From positions 1 to 31,340 of the IMG/VR virus record IMGVR_UViG_3300040985_000575: a stretch of DNA of 31,340 bases, one strand, 5' to 3'. The notes under the pieces are model-generated. The model searched no databases and was not told the DNA's origin. It saw only the letters and a list, made by a program, of their open reading frames with translations. The stretch is from a virus (Duplodnaviria > Caudoviricetes). The translations under genes and the position numbers were made by a program. This document shows positions 1 to 8,367 of this stretch, piece by piece (the first letter of the stretch is position 1; each line of letters starts with the position of its first letter).

Positions 1-98
1 AAAGCATCATTTGACGGATTGTAAAACGTTGACAACGGTTCAATGATAACGGTCTTATCATTGTCAGGGTCGTCCATCATATAAAGGTTGAACATATT
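1..98. repeat. Terminal direct repeat, left copy (assembly circularisation overlap)
   Basis: 1-98 is identical to 31242-31339; the next base differs (g at 99, c at 31340). Confidence 0.97.
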
Positions 99-1520
99 GA
101 CAAGACCTTTGAAGAATTCTTGACACGTCATTTTCGGCAAGTATGAACGCAAATTAATCGGTGAACCTGAAACGGTTTCTTGTACCTGATAAGATAAGTC
201 AAGTTCGCAGTTCGTCGCAATAACGTCGGTCTGCAAAGTAACAGAACCCGCATAACCTGAAGCGTCCACGAATTCGGCTTGTGTAGTATTGAATTCAATT
301 TCAAAAGATAATGTTGTCGTCACTAACAAATACAAGTCCACTGAAATATCAAAAGATAATGTTGGCGAATAGGTAAGTGCTGACGAATAGTTTATTAAGT
401 TCGGTACAACTTGAAGCGATTGCACAAGAATGTTGTCGCGATATATTTTCAATTCAGCATTTAATGCGAACTTATTATTGTATGAACCACTCCCCGCCGA
501 AGGTGTGAATGTTTGCGTCAAGTCATAATCACCACTGTATTGAAGCGTGTACATTCCTTCGTTTTCAATAACTATTAAAAGCGGTTCATTTGTTTGCACT
601 TGTGAAGAAGGGTCAACAACTGAAGCCGTCACCGAATTGTACGGTGAAGTCACGAATGATAAAATAGGGAATTGATATGTATTTAATAAGGAAAAATAGT
701 CAAACTGCAAATGATTCATTATGTATGTTGAAGCCACTTGATTCAATTGGTTAGTTTCAACACTTGCATTCGTCGCCGTTGCACTGTCTATCTGTGGCAA
801 TATACCGCCTTCATAAGCCACAAGTAAGCGTTTGAATTGTTCTGAATTAAAGAACACGCTTGTATATGTGACACCTATCTTTTCAAACATCTTATCAATG
901 ACAGACTTCACGAACACTTGCGGTGGTATGTCGTCACATTCAAATTGGTCAGCACCCGGACGGTCATAGCCGTAATCAATAAGACCGTAATAGTAGCCTT
1001 CACCAAGCCAAGTGACACCACTGTAATTATTATAATTGACACCGTTCTTTTGTATTATACCGTCCCAAGAATTCGTTTGATTTACACGTGTCAAGTTGTG
1101 GTTGTATTCAGACCACCCCAACTCATTCACCTTGTACTTCTTCAAGTCTGCAATGTAGTCGACAACGTCAGAGAATAGCACAATGTTGAACGTCCATACA
1201 TCGCCCTTACGTGAACAATTCATTAACTGACAAACGCCTTCAAACTGAAGAACACCATTGTCATAATATCTTGCCGGTGCTTTAATCGAAGGGTCAAACG
1301 ATACACTCAAAGGTGAACCGCCGAAGTCTTTTGAAGTGTTCGACAAACTGAACACCGAAGTCATAAGGTCTGAATTCTTTCTTGTGCCGGGCAGTGCAAT
1401 AGTCTTTGAAGCGTTGCCCTTGCGCTTGTCAATTTCACGAATGTCACTTATTGAATAGGTCAAAGGAAACGGCACACGCTTTGACAAGTCTACAGAAATA
1501 TCATTTATATATAATTCCAT
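1..1520 (-). CDS. 5' part of a large (804 aa) tail/baseplate structural protein spanning the circular junction
   Basis: ATG at 1520 directly follows the TAA of the upstream gene (MELYINDISVDLSKRVPFPLTYSISDIREIDKRKGNASKTIALPGT...). The frame is open to base 1 and in frame with ORF 30347..31336 (31336 corresponds to base 95; 1520-95=1425=475 codons). Missing from the ORF track. Function inferred from position and resemblance to Bacteroidota phage tail proteins. Confidence 0.85.
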   Translation of the reverse strand, partial: MELYINDISVDLSKRVPFPLTYSISDIREIDKRKGNASKTIALPGTRKNSDLMTSVFSLSNTSKDFGGSPLSVSFDPSIKAPARYYDNGVLQFEGVCQLMNCSRKGDVWTFNIVLFSDVVDYIADLKKYKVNELGWSEYNHNLTRVNQTNSWDGIIQKNGVNYNNYSGVTWLGEGYYYGLIDYGYDRPGADQFECDDIPPQVFVKSVIDKMFEKIGVTYTSVFFNSEQFKRLLVAYEGGILPQIDSATATNASVETNQLNQVASTYIMNHLQFDYFSLLNTYQFPILSFVTSPYNSVTASVVDPSSQVQTNEPLLIVIENEGMYTLQYSGDYDLTQTFTPSAGSGSYNNKFALNAELKIYRDNILVQSLQVVPNLINYSSALTYSPTLSFDISVDLYLLVTTTLSFEIEFNTTQAEFVDASGYAGSVTLQTDVIATNCELDLSYQVQETVSGSPINLRSYLPKMTCQEFFKGLVNMFNLYMMDDPDNDKTVIIEPLSTFYNPSNDA

Positions 1521-2723
1521 TTAATTCAATTGACTTGTGAAGGTGTATGTTCTTTCAATCACAATTTGTTCGTTGATTAAGCCTTCACGGATTCTTTGCT
1601 TTTCAGTCATTTTATTTGTTGCTACAATGACGGGTTCAAATACGCCTTGACTTATTTCAAGATATACCTTCGGCGATTCCAACAAAGAACGCATCAACCA
1701 ATTTTGTTTGCCTTGCTTTATCCAGTCACTATTCAATGTCATTGTGTCTTTTGAAGTCTTTACGTTTGAACTGTTTTGCCCGTTGCTTCGGTTATACTCC
1801 CATGCGTTCGCAGTACCCCAAAGACCTTTGTCCTTTTCGTATCGGTTCAACTTCACCGCCGTCATTGTTTCACTATACTTGTTAAAGGTGTATGAATCAA
1901 ACACACCAAATTTATTCATCCAATGTAAACGCCTTGAAGTATATTGTGAACACTCATTATCAATGTATATTTTAAACACTTCACCACGTCCATTATAAAC
2001 ACCACCGCCGTCAGCATCGAACTGAATAGTATAATAGTAAGACCCGGTAAAGTCACCAAGTACAATCGTTGTGTTATCTATTAAACTTTGTGGTGATACA
2101 TCAAACAAGAAGAAGTCTTCACTCATTGTTATTGCAGTCGTGTCAGACTGTAATAGAACGTCATTAACGTCGTATATCTTTGCTTTGATATCAAGTGACG
2201 TGTCTGTACAGATAACGCCAAGAAACGCACTTTCTGACATTCCGCAAAAATAACTTTCGGAACGTGGAAACAATGTCAAACACTTGAACGGATAATCTAC
2301 TTGTGTTGTGTGGTCGTATTCAGTATAGTCGTAGTCAATCCAATCGGTATGTCTTAACGCACCATTATAGCCGTTCATTGTGCTTGATGAATACCATGAG
2401 CCAACAAGAACGGGCGGTGTGCCGTACTTTTCACGTACACGAATTGAATAGTTTAAGACTGCATTTGATATAGGCACTTTCAAAGAACCGTCAGGTGCAA
2501 GACTTGAATCAAGAACCGTGCGCAATATTTGTGAACAATCGAACTTTCCTACATTACTTGCTTCAGCAAATATTTGGTGATAGGAATGTACCGCATAATT
2601 AATTTTCAATTCAACGTAAAAAGAGAATGCGTCTTCACCTGAATTCGTTGAAGAAAACGTGAATACCGTCGGGTTGTTTATAGTGTTATAATCTTGTGGT
2701 GTGCTTTCAATAGTTATCGCCAT
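1521..2723 (-). CDS. Virion structural protein (tail-associated), 400 aa
   Basis: Long beta-rich ORF with WMNKFGVFDSYTF motif; preceded by the late motif and coupled to the next tail gene. Confidence 0.7.
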   Translation of the reverse strand: MAITIESTPQDYNTINNPTVFTFSSTNSGEDAFSFYVELKINYAVHSYHQIFAEASNVGKFDCSQILRTVLDSSLAPDGSLKVPISNAVLNYSIRVREKYGTPPVLVGSWYSSSTMNGYNGALRHTDWIDYDYTEYDHTTQVDYPFKCLTLFPRSESYFCGMSESAFLGVICTDTSLDIKAKIYDVNDVLLQSDTTAITMSEDFFLFDVSPQSLIDNTTIVLGDFTGSYYYTIQFDADGGGVYNGRGEVFKIYIDNECSQYTSRRLHWMNKFGVFDSYTFNKYSETMTAVKLNRYEKDKGLWGTANAWEYNRSNGQNSSNVKTSKDTMTLNSDWIKQGKQNWLMRSLLESPKVYLEISQGVFEPVIVATNKMTEKQRIREGLINEQIVIERTYTFTSQLN

Positions 2724-2725
2724 GC

Positions 2726-2745
2726 CTATTGTGTTTTGTTGTTTA
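2726..2745 (-). promoter_or_regulatory. Putative late promoter TAAAC-AACAAAAC-ACAATAG
   Basis: Motif copy ending 2 nt before ATG 2723. Confidence 0.75.
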
Positions 2746-2848
2746 GACTTTTATGCTTTGACTTGCGTGAATATTTCTTTTTGTTTTTATGAATAAGGTG
2801 TTTCATTGCTTCCTGAATTTCGCCTTGCGTCACAATGACCATTTTCAT
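2726..2848 (-). CDS. 40-aa basic peptide with an ArfA-like motif
   Basis: MKMVIVTQGEIQEAMKHLIHKNKKKYSRKSKHKSLNNKTQ*. ATGA overlap with the upstream stop; fills the gap between two genes exactly. Confidence 0.75.
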   Translation of the reverse strand: MKMVIVTQGEIQEAMKHLIHKNKKKYSRKSKHKSLNNKTQ

Positions 2849-3429
2849 TTGCCTGACTTTTCCGCTTCCTTACCGATGTTTTGTTCAAACATTACGTCAA
2901 AGGTGATTCCAGTTATCTTTGTAAGGTCTTCACCTATTTGGTCAAGTAGGTCGTCAGTCATTACTTTCTGCGTTATGTTCTTCGCTTCAATACCGTACTT
3001 CTTAATCGTCACACCAACCGCGTAAGCGTGTGCCGTTGAAGAAGTGAATTCACGCAATTTATTCACCATGCTTTCAGGAACATAAAGGTGCTTGAATTGA
3101 TACGGTGAACCTTGAACAAGTGTCTTGTCATTGCGATATTCTACGCCCTGAACTTTCGGCGCATGATTCACACCTTCGTCAATGAAGCCATAATAGAAGT
3201 CCGCATCTATTGTGAAGCCTTCGTTGTCAACTTCAAACGTGACACTTTGCGCCAGTGTACCGCTTTGACTTCGCACGTTGTCTGCAATCGTTTCTTTGAA
3301 TTCATCTGTCACTTCCTTTGCTAACTTTGAAAGGAAGTTTGAATAGATTACACCACCGTCACCAAGACCACCGGCAAGAAGTTTCTTCAGTCTGTTTGCT
3401 TCTTCTTGTTCGTTCAATTTGATTGCCAT
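2845..3429 (-). CDS. Putative neck/tail-completion protein (HK97 gp10-like)
   Basis: SGTLAQS...YYGFIDEGV pattern. Start reassigned to ATG 3429 (MAIKLNEQ), 2 nt after a late motif. Confidence 0.6.
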   Translation of the reverse strand: MAIKLNEQEEANRLKKLLAGGLGDGGVIYSNFLSKLAKEVTDEFKETIADNVRSQSGTLAQSVTFEVDNEGFTIDADFYYGFIDEGVNHAPKVQGVEYRNDKTLVQGSPYQFKHLYVPESMVNKLREFTSSTAHAYAVGVTIKKYGIEAKNITQKVMTDDLLDQIGEDLTKITGITFDVMFEQNIGKEAEKSGK

Positions 3430-3431
3430 GC

Positions 3432-3451
3432 CTATTGTGTGAATGTGTATA
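3432..3451 (-). promoter_or_regulatory. Putative late promoter TATAC-ACATTCAC-ACAATAG
   Basis: Motif copy ending 2 nt before ATG 3429, just downstream of a terminator. Confidence 0.75.
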
Positions 3452-3454
3452 AAC

Positions 3455-3482
3455 AAAAAAAGCGCACCGATTAAAGTACGCT
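3455..3482 (-). terminator. Intrinsic terminator
   Basis: Minus strand AGCGTAC-loop-GTGCGC followed by a run of 7 T. Confidence 0.65.
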
Positions 3483-3512
3483 ATTATAAGCGGGAATTTC
3501 AACCGCTTGTTT

Positions 3513-3722
3513 TTAGTTTGTTTGTTTATCTAAAAAAAGTTGAAAATCTATTAAAACATTTTTGAACTTTCTTTTGTTTTCTTCGTTCATATCTTTAGCG
3601 GTTTCTTCAATAAACTTTTCTGCTATGTGAGTTCTTGAAACTTTATTGATTGAATCCATCACGTTAAAATTATTTTCCTTTCTTGCTTTTTCGATTCTCT
3701 TAATTAAGTCTAAATTTTTCAT
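3513..3722 (-). CDS. Hypothetical 69-aa protein (moron-like cassette)
   Basis: AT-rich ORF with an A-rich leader, its own upstream promoter-like region and a downstream terminator. Confidence 0.7.
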   Translation of the reverse strand: MKNLDLIKRIEKARKENNFNVMDSINKVSRTHIAEKFIEETAKDMNEENKRKFKNVLIDFQLFLDKQTN

Positions 3723-3751
3723 AATATTGTTTTTTGTTTGTTTCTATAAAG

Positions 3752-3795
3752 CAATACTACAACATATATATTATATATCCTAATTATATAACAAT
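3752..3795 (-). promoter_or_regulatory. Host-type promoter region with TATATAAT repeats
   Basis: TAGTATTG (one mismatch to the Bacteroidota -7 box TAnnTTTG) preceded by TATATAAT repeats; resembles 11216-11260. Confidence 0.5.
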
Positions 3796-3817
3796 TTATT
3801 TTGATTAATGTGAAATA

Positions 3818-4084
3818 CTACCTTCTTGCATTCATTATTTCTTCTTCCATCTGAAGCCTGAAATAGTTATTCCAAAATAGAAAAGACACATAAGGCATTG
3901 CAGTAATATCGTCAACATCGCGGTTCAATTTGTCCGCTATCATGATTAAGTTTGTCGTCCATTCGTACCACTCACTGCGCTCAATTCCTTCTTCAGTTCG
4001 TTCTTCATGTTCGTCATCGTCATCTGTGTCTGTGCCATGTTCAGAGCGTAAATAGCGTTTTTCTGCTTGTCGTAATTGCTCAAA
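3818..4084 (-). CDS. Tail assembly chaperone -1 frameshift extension (gpGT-like; fusion about 259 aa)
   Basis: The -1 frame after the T9 run is open for 88 codons: FEQLRQAEKRYLRSEHGTDTDDDDEHEE...WYEWTTNLIMIADKLNRDVDDITAMPYVSFLFWNNYFRLQMEEEIMNARR*. Confidence 0.75.
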   Translation of the reverse strand, partial: FEQLRQAEKRYLRSEHGTDTDDDDEHEERTEEGIERSEWYEWTTNLIMIADKLNRDVDDITAMPYVSFLFWNNYFRLQMEEEIMNARR

Positions 4085-4596
4085 AAAAAAGCAAACACAT
4101 TTAAGAATTCATCACCCGGAAAGTCTTCAAACACTTTCATTCGTTTATCCTTTGGATTCATCACACGGTTTCTGTCGTCAACCTGACCGTACTTCATGCC
4201 GTCTTCAATATAGATTAATGACAACACGTCAAGCGGTGAACTGATTACGTCGTCGATTAACTTCATGTCAATTATTTGCCCGGTTGTAATGTTGCGGAAG
4301 TCTTTGTCAAAGACATACACTTGATTTTCTATTGTAACAACACCCGACGGTTCACCAGTCTTGAAGCCTTCAAGCATTTCAATGATGTCAAGAAAGATTG
4401 TGTTTATGTCAAGCAAGTCAACATTGTACAAGCGTTCTTTTGTCATGCCTGAAAAGATTGAAACCACCTGAACACGAAAGTCAAGTTTACCACTCAATGT
4501 ATCAAGGTCAAGTTTGCCACTTGATAGGTACATCCATTTAGACAACACTTCAGGTGAACACGAACGCAAGTCTTTTGGTATTGTTATATTCATCAT
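3946..4596 (-). CDS. Tail assembly chaperone (gpG-like), 216 aa
   Basis: Start reassigned to ATG 4596 (ATGA overlap). Contains GCT TTT TTT TTG slippery run at 4082-4090. Confidence 0.7.
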   Translation of the reverse strand: MMNITIPKDLRSCSPEVLSKWMYLSSGKLDLDTLSGKLDFRVQVVSIFSGMTKERLYNVDLLDINTIFLDIIEMLEGFKTGEPSGVVTIENQVYVFDKDFRNITTGQIIDMKLIDDVISSPLDVLSLIYIEDGMKYGQVDDRNRVMNPKDKRMKVFEDFPGDEFLNVFAFFLSNYDKQKNAIYALNMAQTQMTMTNMKNELKKELSAVSGTNGRQT

Positions 4597-4688
4597 GTCA
4601 TGATTGTCAGGAACGCCCACAAGCCAAACCATATAATAAACAAATACAGTGCGGTCAGTAAACCCTTTTTTGTAGGTAGTTCGTTCAT
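4593..4688 (-). CDS. 31-aa single-TM membrane peptide
   Basis: MNELPTKKGLLTALYLFIIWFGLWAFLTIMT*; ATGA overlaps at both ends. Confidence 0.65.
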   Translation of the reverse strand: MNELPTKKGLLTALYLFIIWFGLWAFLTIMT

Positions 4689-4987
4689 TGCTTCAATAGT
4701 TCCTTTGTCTTTTCATTTATCCAGTCTTCACCTTTACCGAAATACTTCACATGCAGTAACTCATGAACAATGGCTTCTTCATACAAGTCAACGTCATGAT
4801 ATATCACACCGACCTTATTGCGTGGTCTTATTTCTATGCCTATGAAATAGCGGTCTTCTTTTGGCACATCTACATTATATGTCACTTGTTCCGGTGATAT
4901 GCGTTCAAGGTAGAAAGACCATTCATTCAAGCCTAACTTTGACCGCCAGTTTAAAAGTGTTTGATAATCTAATTTCAATGTGTTCAT
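4685..4987 (-). CDS. Small zincin-like (HEXXH) metallopeptidase-domain protein
   Basis: AIVHELLHV motif followed by a downstream Glu (GKGEDW). Confidence 0.65.
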   Translation of the reverse strand: MNTLKLDYQTLLNWRSKLGLNEWSFYLERISPEQVTYNVDVPKEDRYFIGIEIRPRNKVGVIYHDVDLYEEAIVHELLHVKYFGKGEDWINEKTKELLKQ

Positions 4988-5082
4988 TCATTTAGTTGTT
5001 TAATTAAAACGAATAGCATAATAGCCAAACAGAATAACCAACTGAATAATGCAATGTCTTTCATGACTTCAAATATACTCAT
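4984..5082 (-). CDS. 32-aa single-TM membrane peptide
   Basis: MSIFEVMKDIALFSWLFCLAIMLFVLIKQLNE*; TAATG overlap with the terL stop and ATGA overlap with the next gene. Confidence 0.65.
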   Translation of the reverse strand: MSIFEVMKDIALFSWLFCLAIMLFVLIKQLNE

Positions 5083-6281
5083 TATCTTAATATCGTATAA
5101 ACACCCTTTCGTGACAAGTGCTTGATTGACTGTAAGCACAATGACAAAGATATCACACCGTCGTCGTGGATGCCTTCAGGCGCACCATACTTCACACGCC
5201 TTGTCTTGTTATCATATACATAAGTGAATGCGTCCAGTTCATCAAGAAGCCATTGTTCGTTCAGTACCTTCACGCTTGATTGCTCAAAGGAAAGTGCAAG
5301 GTCTTCAATCATTATCGGTTTGCTTTTCATTGTCGTTGTGAACGGTTCAATTAAATTGCCGACCTTCTTCTTTAACATTTCATAAAACACGTCACCTTGA
5401 TTGTTTACTTCAACATAAGTAAGTGCATTATAACGACGTATAACAGACGCAACCTTATCAATGATATTAGTCCAGTCGTCTTGTCGGTATCGTTCAACAC
5501 ACACCATGTGACCGCGCTTGTTCATGATTGTAATGACTGTATAATCGTCAGCACGTCCAATATCAAGACCGCCGTAGTTCTTGCCGTCAGGTGTACCGCT
5601 TTCAATCACATTATCTTTGACGCTTGTGAATAGACCACCGGCATTGTCTATGAATTCGGCAAGGTATTCTTGTCGGAAGATATGTTCAGGCAATGAACGC
5701 TTGATTGAATCAATTTCATTGCGGTCAATCATAGGGTTGTCATAAGAAGTGAAATGAAAGTACTTGTACCGCTTATCATAGTTCTGTTGCAATGATAGTT
5801 GATACATTGCGCCCTTGCCTTTCGGTGTCGATATGAACACGACCTTCTTACCACGCACCAGGATTGTCGGCTGAAGAACTTCTTGCCAAATGTCTTTCTT
5901 CATGAAGTCGAATTCATCACAGATTAAATAGTCAAAGGTATTGCCACGAATACCGTCAGCACGTTCACCGCTGAAGAACTGTATTGTTGACCCGAAGCCT
6001 TCGACAATAAGGTCAGTATCATTGTAGGCGAATAGACCGCTTCTGACGGTTGCTTTCTTTAATTCCTTGTAAACCTTCTTTGATTGCTTATAGATAGGCG
6101 ACACCCAACCAATGAATGAACCCGGGTCATTGATGCACCAATACAGTTGTTGATTATTGCAAAGCATTGTCTTTCCAAACTGACGACCGATATTCAGCAC
6201 ATAATATTTCGCACCGTCGTTGTTGATACTATCATGAATGATGCGTTGATTGTCGTGCGGTTTATATCCTTTTACTGTCAC
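5082..6281 (-). CDS. terL: Terminase large subunit
   Basis: Walker A GRQFGKT, Walker B LICDE, coupling motif FISTP, nuclease motifs GLDIG and HDDGV. Confidence 0.95.
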   Translation of the reverse strand: MTVKGYKPHDNQRIIHDSINNDGAKYYVLNIGRQFGKTMLCNNQQLYWCINDPGSFIGWVSPIYKQSKKVYKELKKATVRSGLFAYNDTDLIVEGFGSTIQFFSGERADGIRGNTFDYLICDEFDFMKKDIWQEVLQPTILVRGKKVVFISTPKGKGAMYQLSLQQNYDKRYKYFHFTSYDNPMIDRNEIDSIKRSLPEHIFRQEYLAEFIDNAGGLFTSVKDNVIESGTPDGKNYGGLDIGRADDYTVITIMNKRGHMVCVERYRQDDWTNIIDKVASVIRRYNALTYVEVNNQGDVFYEMLKKKVGNLIEPFTTTMKSKPIMIEDLALSFEQSSVKVLNEQWLLDELDAFTYVYDNKTRRVKYGAPEGIHDDGVISLSLCLQSIKHLSRKGVYTILR

Positions 6282-6679
6282 TTATCGAAGTCGAACTTAT
6301 CAACGTTCTTTTGTTCAATGTGCTGTTTGTCGTGCATTCCAAGTGCGTTCTTTGCGTAGAATATACCCTTGCCTTCGTTGGCTACAATGTCACGCGCCAG
6401 TGACTTAAACTGATCGTTAATGTTTTTTATAGTGTTCGATTTCAAGGTGTCTTCTGATTTCAACCATTCATAATAAGTTGACTTGACTATTGACTTGCCG
6501 TGATTTCGTGGCATCCAAATATGAAGAAAGAATTCAATCGTCGGAATGTGTCGGTCACGAACTTGAACTTCTTTTCCTGACCCGGCAACATGTGTCTTTG
6601 TATTGGCAAGGCATTCGTCAATATATTCAACGGCTTTCTTTCCAAGTGATATAATGAATTCATCTGACTTCTTGTTCAT
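6278..6679 (-). CDS. terS: Terminase small subunit
   Basis: Overlaps the terL start; HTH-like KSTYYEW and C-terminal GIFYAKNALGMHDK typical of small terminases. Confidence 0.8.
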   Translation of the reverse strand: MNKKSDEFIISLGKKAVEYIDECLANTKTHVAGSGKEVQVRDRHIPTIEFFLHIWMPRNHGKSIVKSTYYEWLKSEDTLKSNTIKNINDQFKSLARDIVANEGKGIFYAKNALGMHDKQHIEQKNVDKFDFDK

Positions 6680-6681
6680 GT

Positions 6682-6701
6682 CTATTGTGTTGTGTTGTTT
6701 A
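6682..6701 (-). promoter_or_regulatory. Putative late promoter TAAAC-AACACAAC-ACAATAG
   Basis: Motif copy ending 2 nt before the terS ATG. Confidence 0.8.
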
Positions 6702-7089
6702 AGGTTTTGTATTCTTTGAATAGTTCTTTGTTTACGTGTGCCATTAATTCTTGATCGAATGTCGAACCGTTTCGCACTTTCCTTCCGTTGACATCAATGA
6801 ACCCTTTTACGTCCATTGTTTTAATGTACATTAATTTATCAAAGAATTGAATGAATAAGTATGTAGGTAGTATGCTATTATAATACTGCATTTTAGATAA
6901 TTTGATAAGCGATATTAAATAGTGCTTCGGTGTGGTTGATTTACATTTTGCCGTTTTTATTTCAATGTATGCTTTACCCGGTATTAAGAAGTCAAGGTCA
7001 TTCTTTCCTAATTTCTTATAATTGCCTTTTGAAATTAGTTTGACAATTTCTTCTTCACGCTTTAAGTCTTCTATTGTTTCAAATCTCAT
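6682..7089 (-). CDS. PD-(D/E)xK nuclease-like protein
   Basis: E...LDF...YIEIK pattern. Confidence 0.55.
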   Translation of the reverse strand: MRFETIEDLKREEEIVKLISKGNYKKLGKNDLDFLIPGKAYIEIKTAKCKSTTPKHYLISLIKLSKMQYYNSILPTYLFIQFFDKLMYIKTMDVKGFIDVNGRKVRNGSTFDQELMAHVNKELFKEYKTLNNTTQ

Positions 7090-7274
7090 CCTTTGTCAAA
7101 ATATCTGACTACTGTGACAACGGCTTCTTGCACATTCTTGTCTTCGTCAAGTTCAGTCAACTTGACATTCATTTCACGTTTTGTCAGTGGTCGTGATTCT
7201 GCAAATTTGAGTTGTTTGTCGTCAATGAATTTATACTTGACAACATATCCTTTTTTAAGTTCGTCGTGGTTCAT
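7086..7274 (-). CDS. Hypothetical protein
   Basis: ORF overlapping both neighbours in the operon. Confidence 0.65.
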   Translation of the reverse strand: MNHDELKKGYVVKYKFIDDKQLKFAESRPLTKREMNVKLTELDEDKNVQEAVVTVVRYFDKG

Positions 7275-7623
7275 CTTCTTTGTTTTGGTTTAATGCTTCA
7301 ATTAATTGTTGTTTCGTTGGTGTTCTTAAAGTGATACCTTTATCTTTGACGGCTTTCTTCAGTTCAATGAAGGTCATGTCTTTTGGTTCTTTGACCATTT
7401 TCATTTTCTGTAAAACTGGCGTATTATTTAAGGTCTTCAGATGTGCGTTCATTCGGTGCATTGCATCACGGGCGCAAGTGCCACAATTGAAGTTAACAAA
7501 GGGCGCACCGCCGACTTGCTCAATTGCCTGACGAAGTTCATTCTTCAGGTTTAAATTAATACTGAATGCGCCGGTATTTGCAAGGCGGTCAAGTTGTGAT
7601 TTCAGTTCATTGCTTACGTTCAT
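7255..7623 (-). CDS. CxxC protein with C-terminal Rho-N/HeH-like helical domain
   Basis: NFNCGTCARD; C-terminus MTFIELKKAVKDKGITLRTPTKQQLIEAL. Confidence 0.6.
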   Translation of the reverse strand: MNVSNELKSQLDRLANTGAFSINLNLKNELRQAIEQVGGAPFVNFNCGTCARDAMHRMNAHLKTLNNTPVLQKMKMVKEPKDMTFIELKKAVKDKGITLRTPTKQQLIEALNQNKEDEPRRT

Positions 7624-7822
7624 AGATTAGAAATATTGAAGTTAATAAATAGGCGATAGGAAAACACCACCACATTGAAGGTTGTAATGTCAGTAACATT
7701 GCAAGTGCCAACCATGACGAAAGGCAAGACGGACAGTTGAACGGTTTAATGTTCGGCATCCAGTTCAGCGTTGTCAGTATCATTGCCATTGATGTTGCGG
7801 TGATAAGAATTATAAAGGTCAT
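7607..7822 (-). CDS. Small multi-TM membrane protein with CxxC (KPFNCPSCLSSW)
   Basis: Three hydrophobic stretches around a CPSC motif. Confidence 0.65.
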   Translation of the reverse strand: MTFIILITATSMAMILTTLNWMPNIKPFNCPSCLSSWLALAMLLTLQPSMWWCFPIAYLLTSIFLIYERKQ

Positions 7823-8270
7823 GTTTGAATTGTTTTATCGTTTCGGTAACATATCGAATGTTCAACTTCACCTTGCTTTCAATCTCGCGGTATGTCATGC
7901 CTTGAATCCAAAGGTACGCAACTTCTTTGACAAACCATTCTTCAGGTGTCTTCGACGGTGCGTTGATATAGTCGTGAAGGTGTTCTTTGTAGCGGTCGTC
8001 TGCAATTATCACTTCGTCTTGTTCGTTTGAATGTGTTTCATCGAAGTACTCAAAATTGCGTTGACGGTAGATTCTATTGAAGTCACTGTTTGGTAGTTTC
8101 CATTGCTTGTAACTGACCGACGCGAAGAATGCGCCTTTGTCTTTTATGAAGTCTTTGCGTTCAAGCATAATGAAGTAAACGTGTGAAACAAGATCACCTG
8201 AAAGTTCATGATTGTTGGTGATAAGGTTGGCTATTTTATACGGTTCTTTTGTATTGAAGAAATCATTCAT
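7746..8270 (-). CDS. ECF/sigma70-like transcription factor
   Basis: Region-2-like DLVSHVYFIML and region-4 HTH YLWIQGMTYREIESKVKLNIRYVTETIKQFK; 174 aa. Confidence 0.75.
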   Translation of the reverse strand: MNDFFNTKEPYKIANLITNNHELSGDLVSHVYFIMLERKDFIKDKGAFFASVSYKQWKLPNSDFNRIYRQRNFEYFDETHSNEQDEVIIADDRYKEHLHDYINAPSKTPEEWFVKEVAYLWIQGMTYREIESKVKLNIRYVTETIKQFKHDLYNSYHRNINGNDTDNAELDAEH

Positions 8271-8367
8271 TTTCTTTTCGTTTTCTTCTTCTATTCAAGA
8301 CGATGCTTTCAATGGTTGCGTAAATTATAGCGGTCAATATTACTATAATTAAATACGGTGCAATCAT
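8263..8367 (-). CDS. 34-aa membrane peptide with basic tail
   Basis: MIAPYLIIVILTAIIYATIESIVLNRRRKRKENE*; ATGA overlap upstream and overlaps the sigma gene start. Confidence 0.6.
   Translation of the reverse strand: MIAPYLIIVILTAIIYATIESIVLNRRRKRKENE

Noticed and set aside
1-98. Biological terminal repeats (T7-like)
   Set aside because: The repeat is mid-gene and its length fits an assembler k-mer overlap.
2726-6701. CAA-TAG in the motif as a stop-readthrough signal
   Set aside because: The downstream ATG is 2 nt after TAG (out of frame), and most motif copies do not coincide with an in-frame stop.
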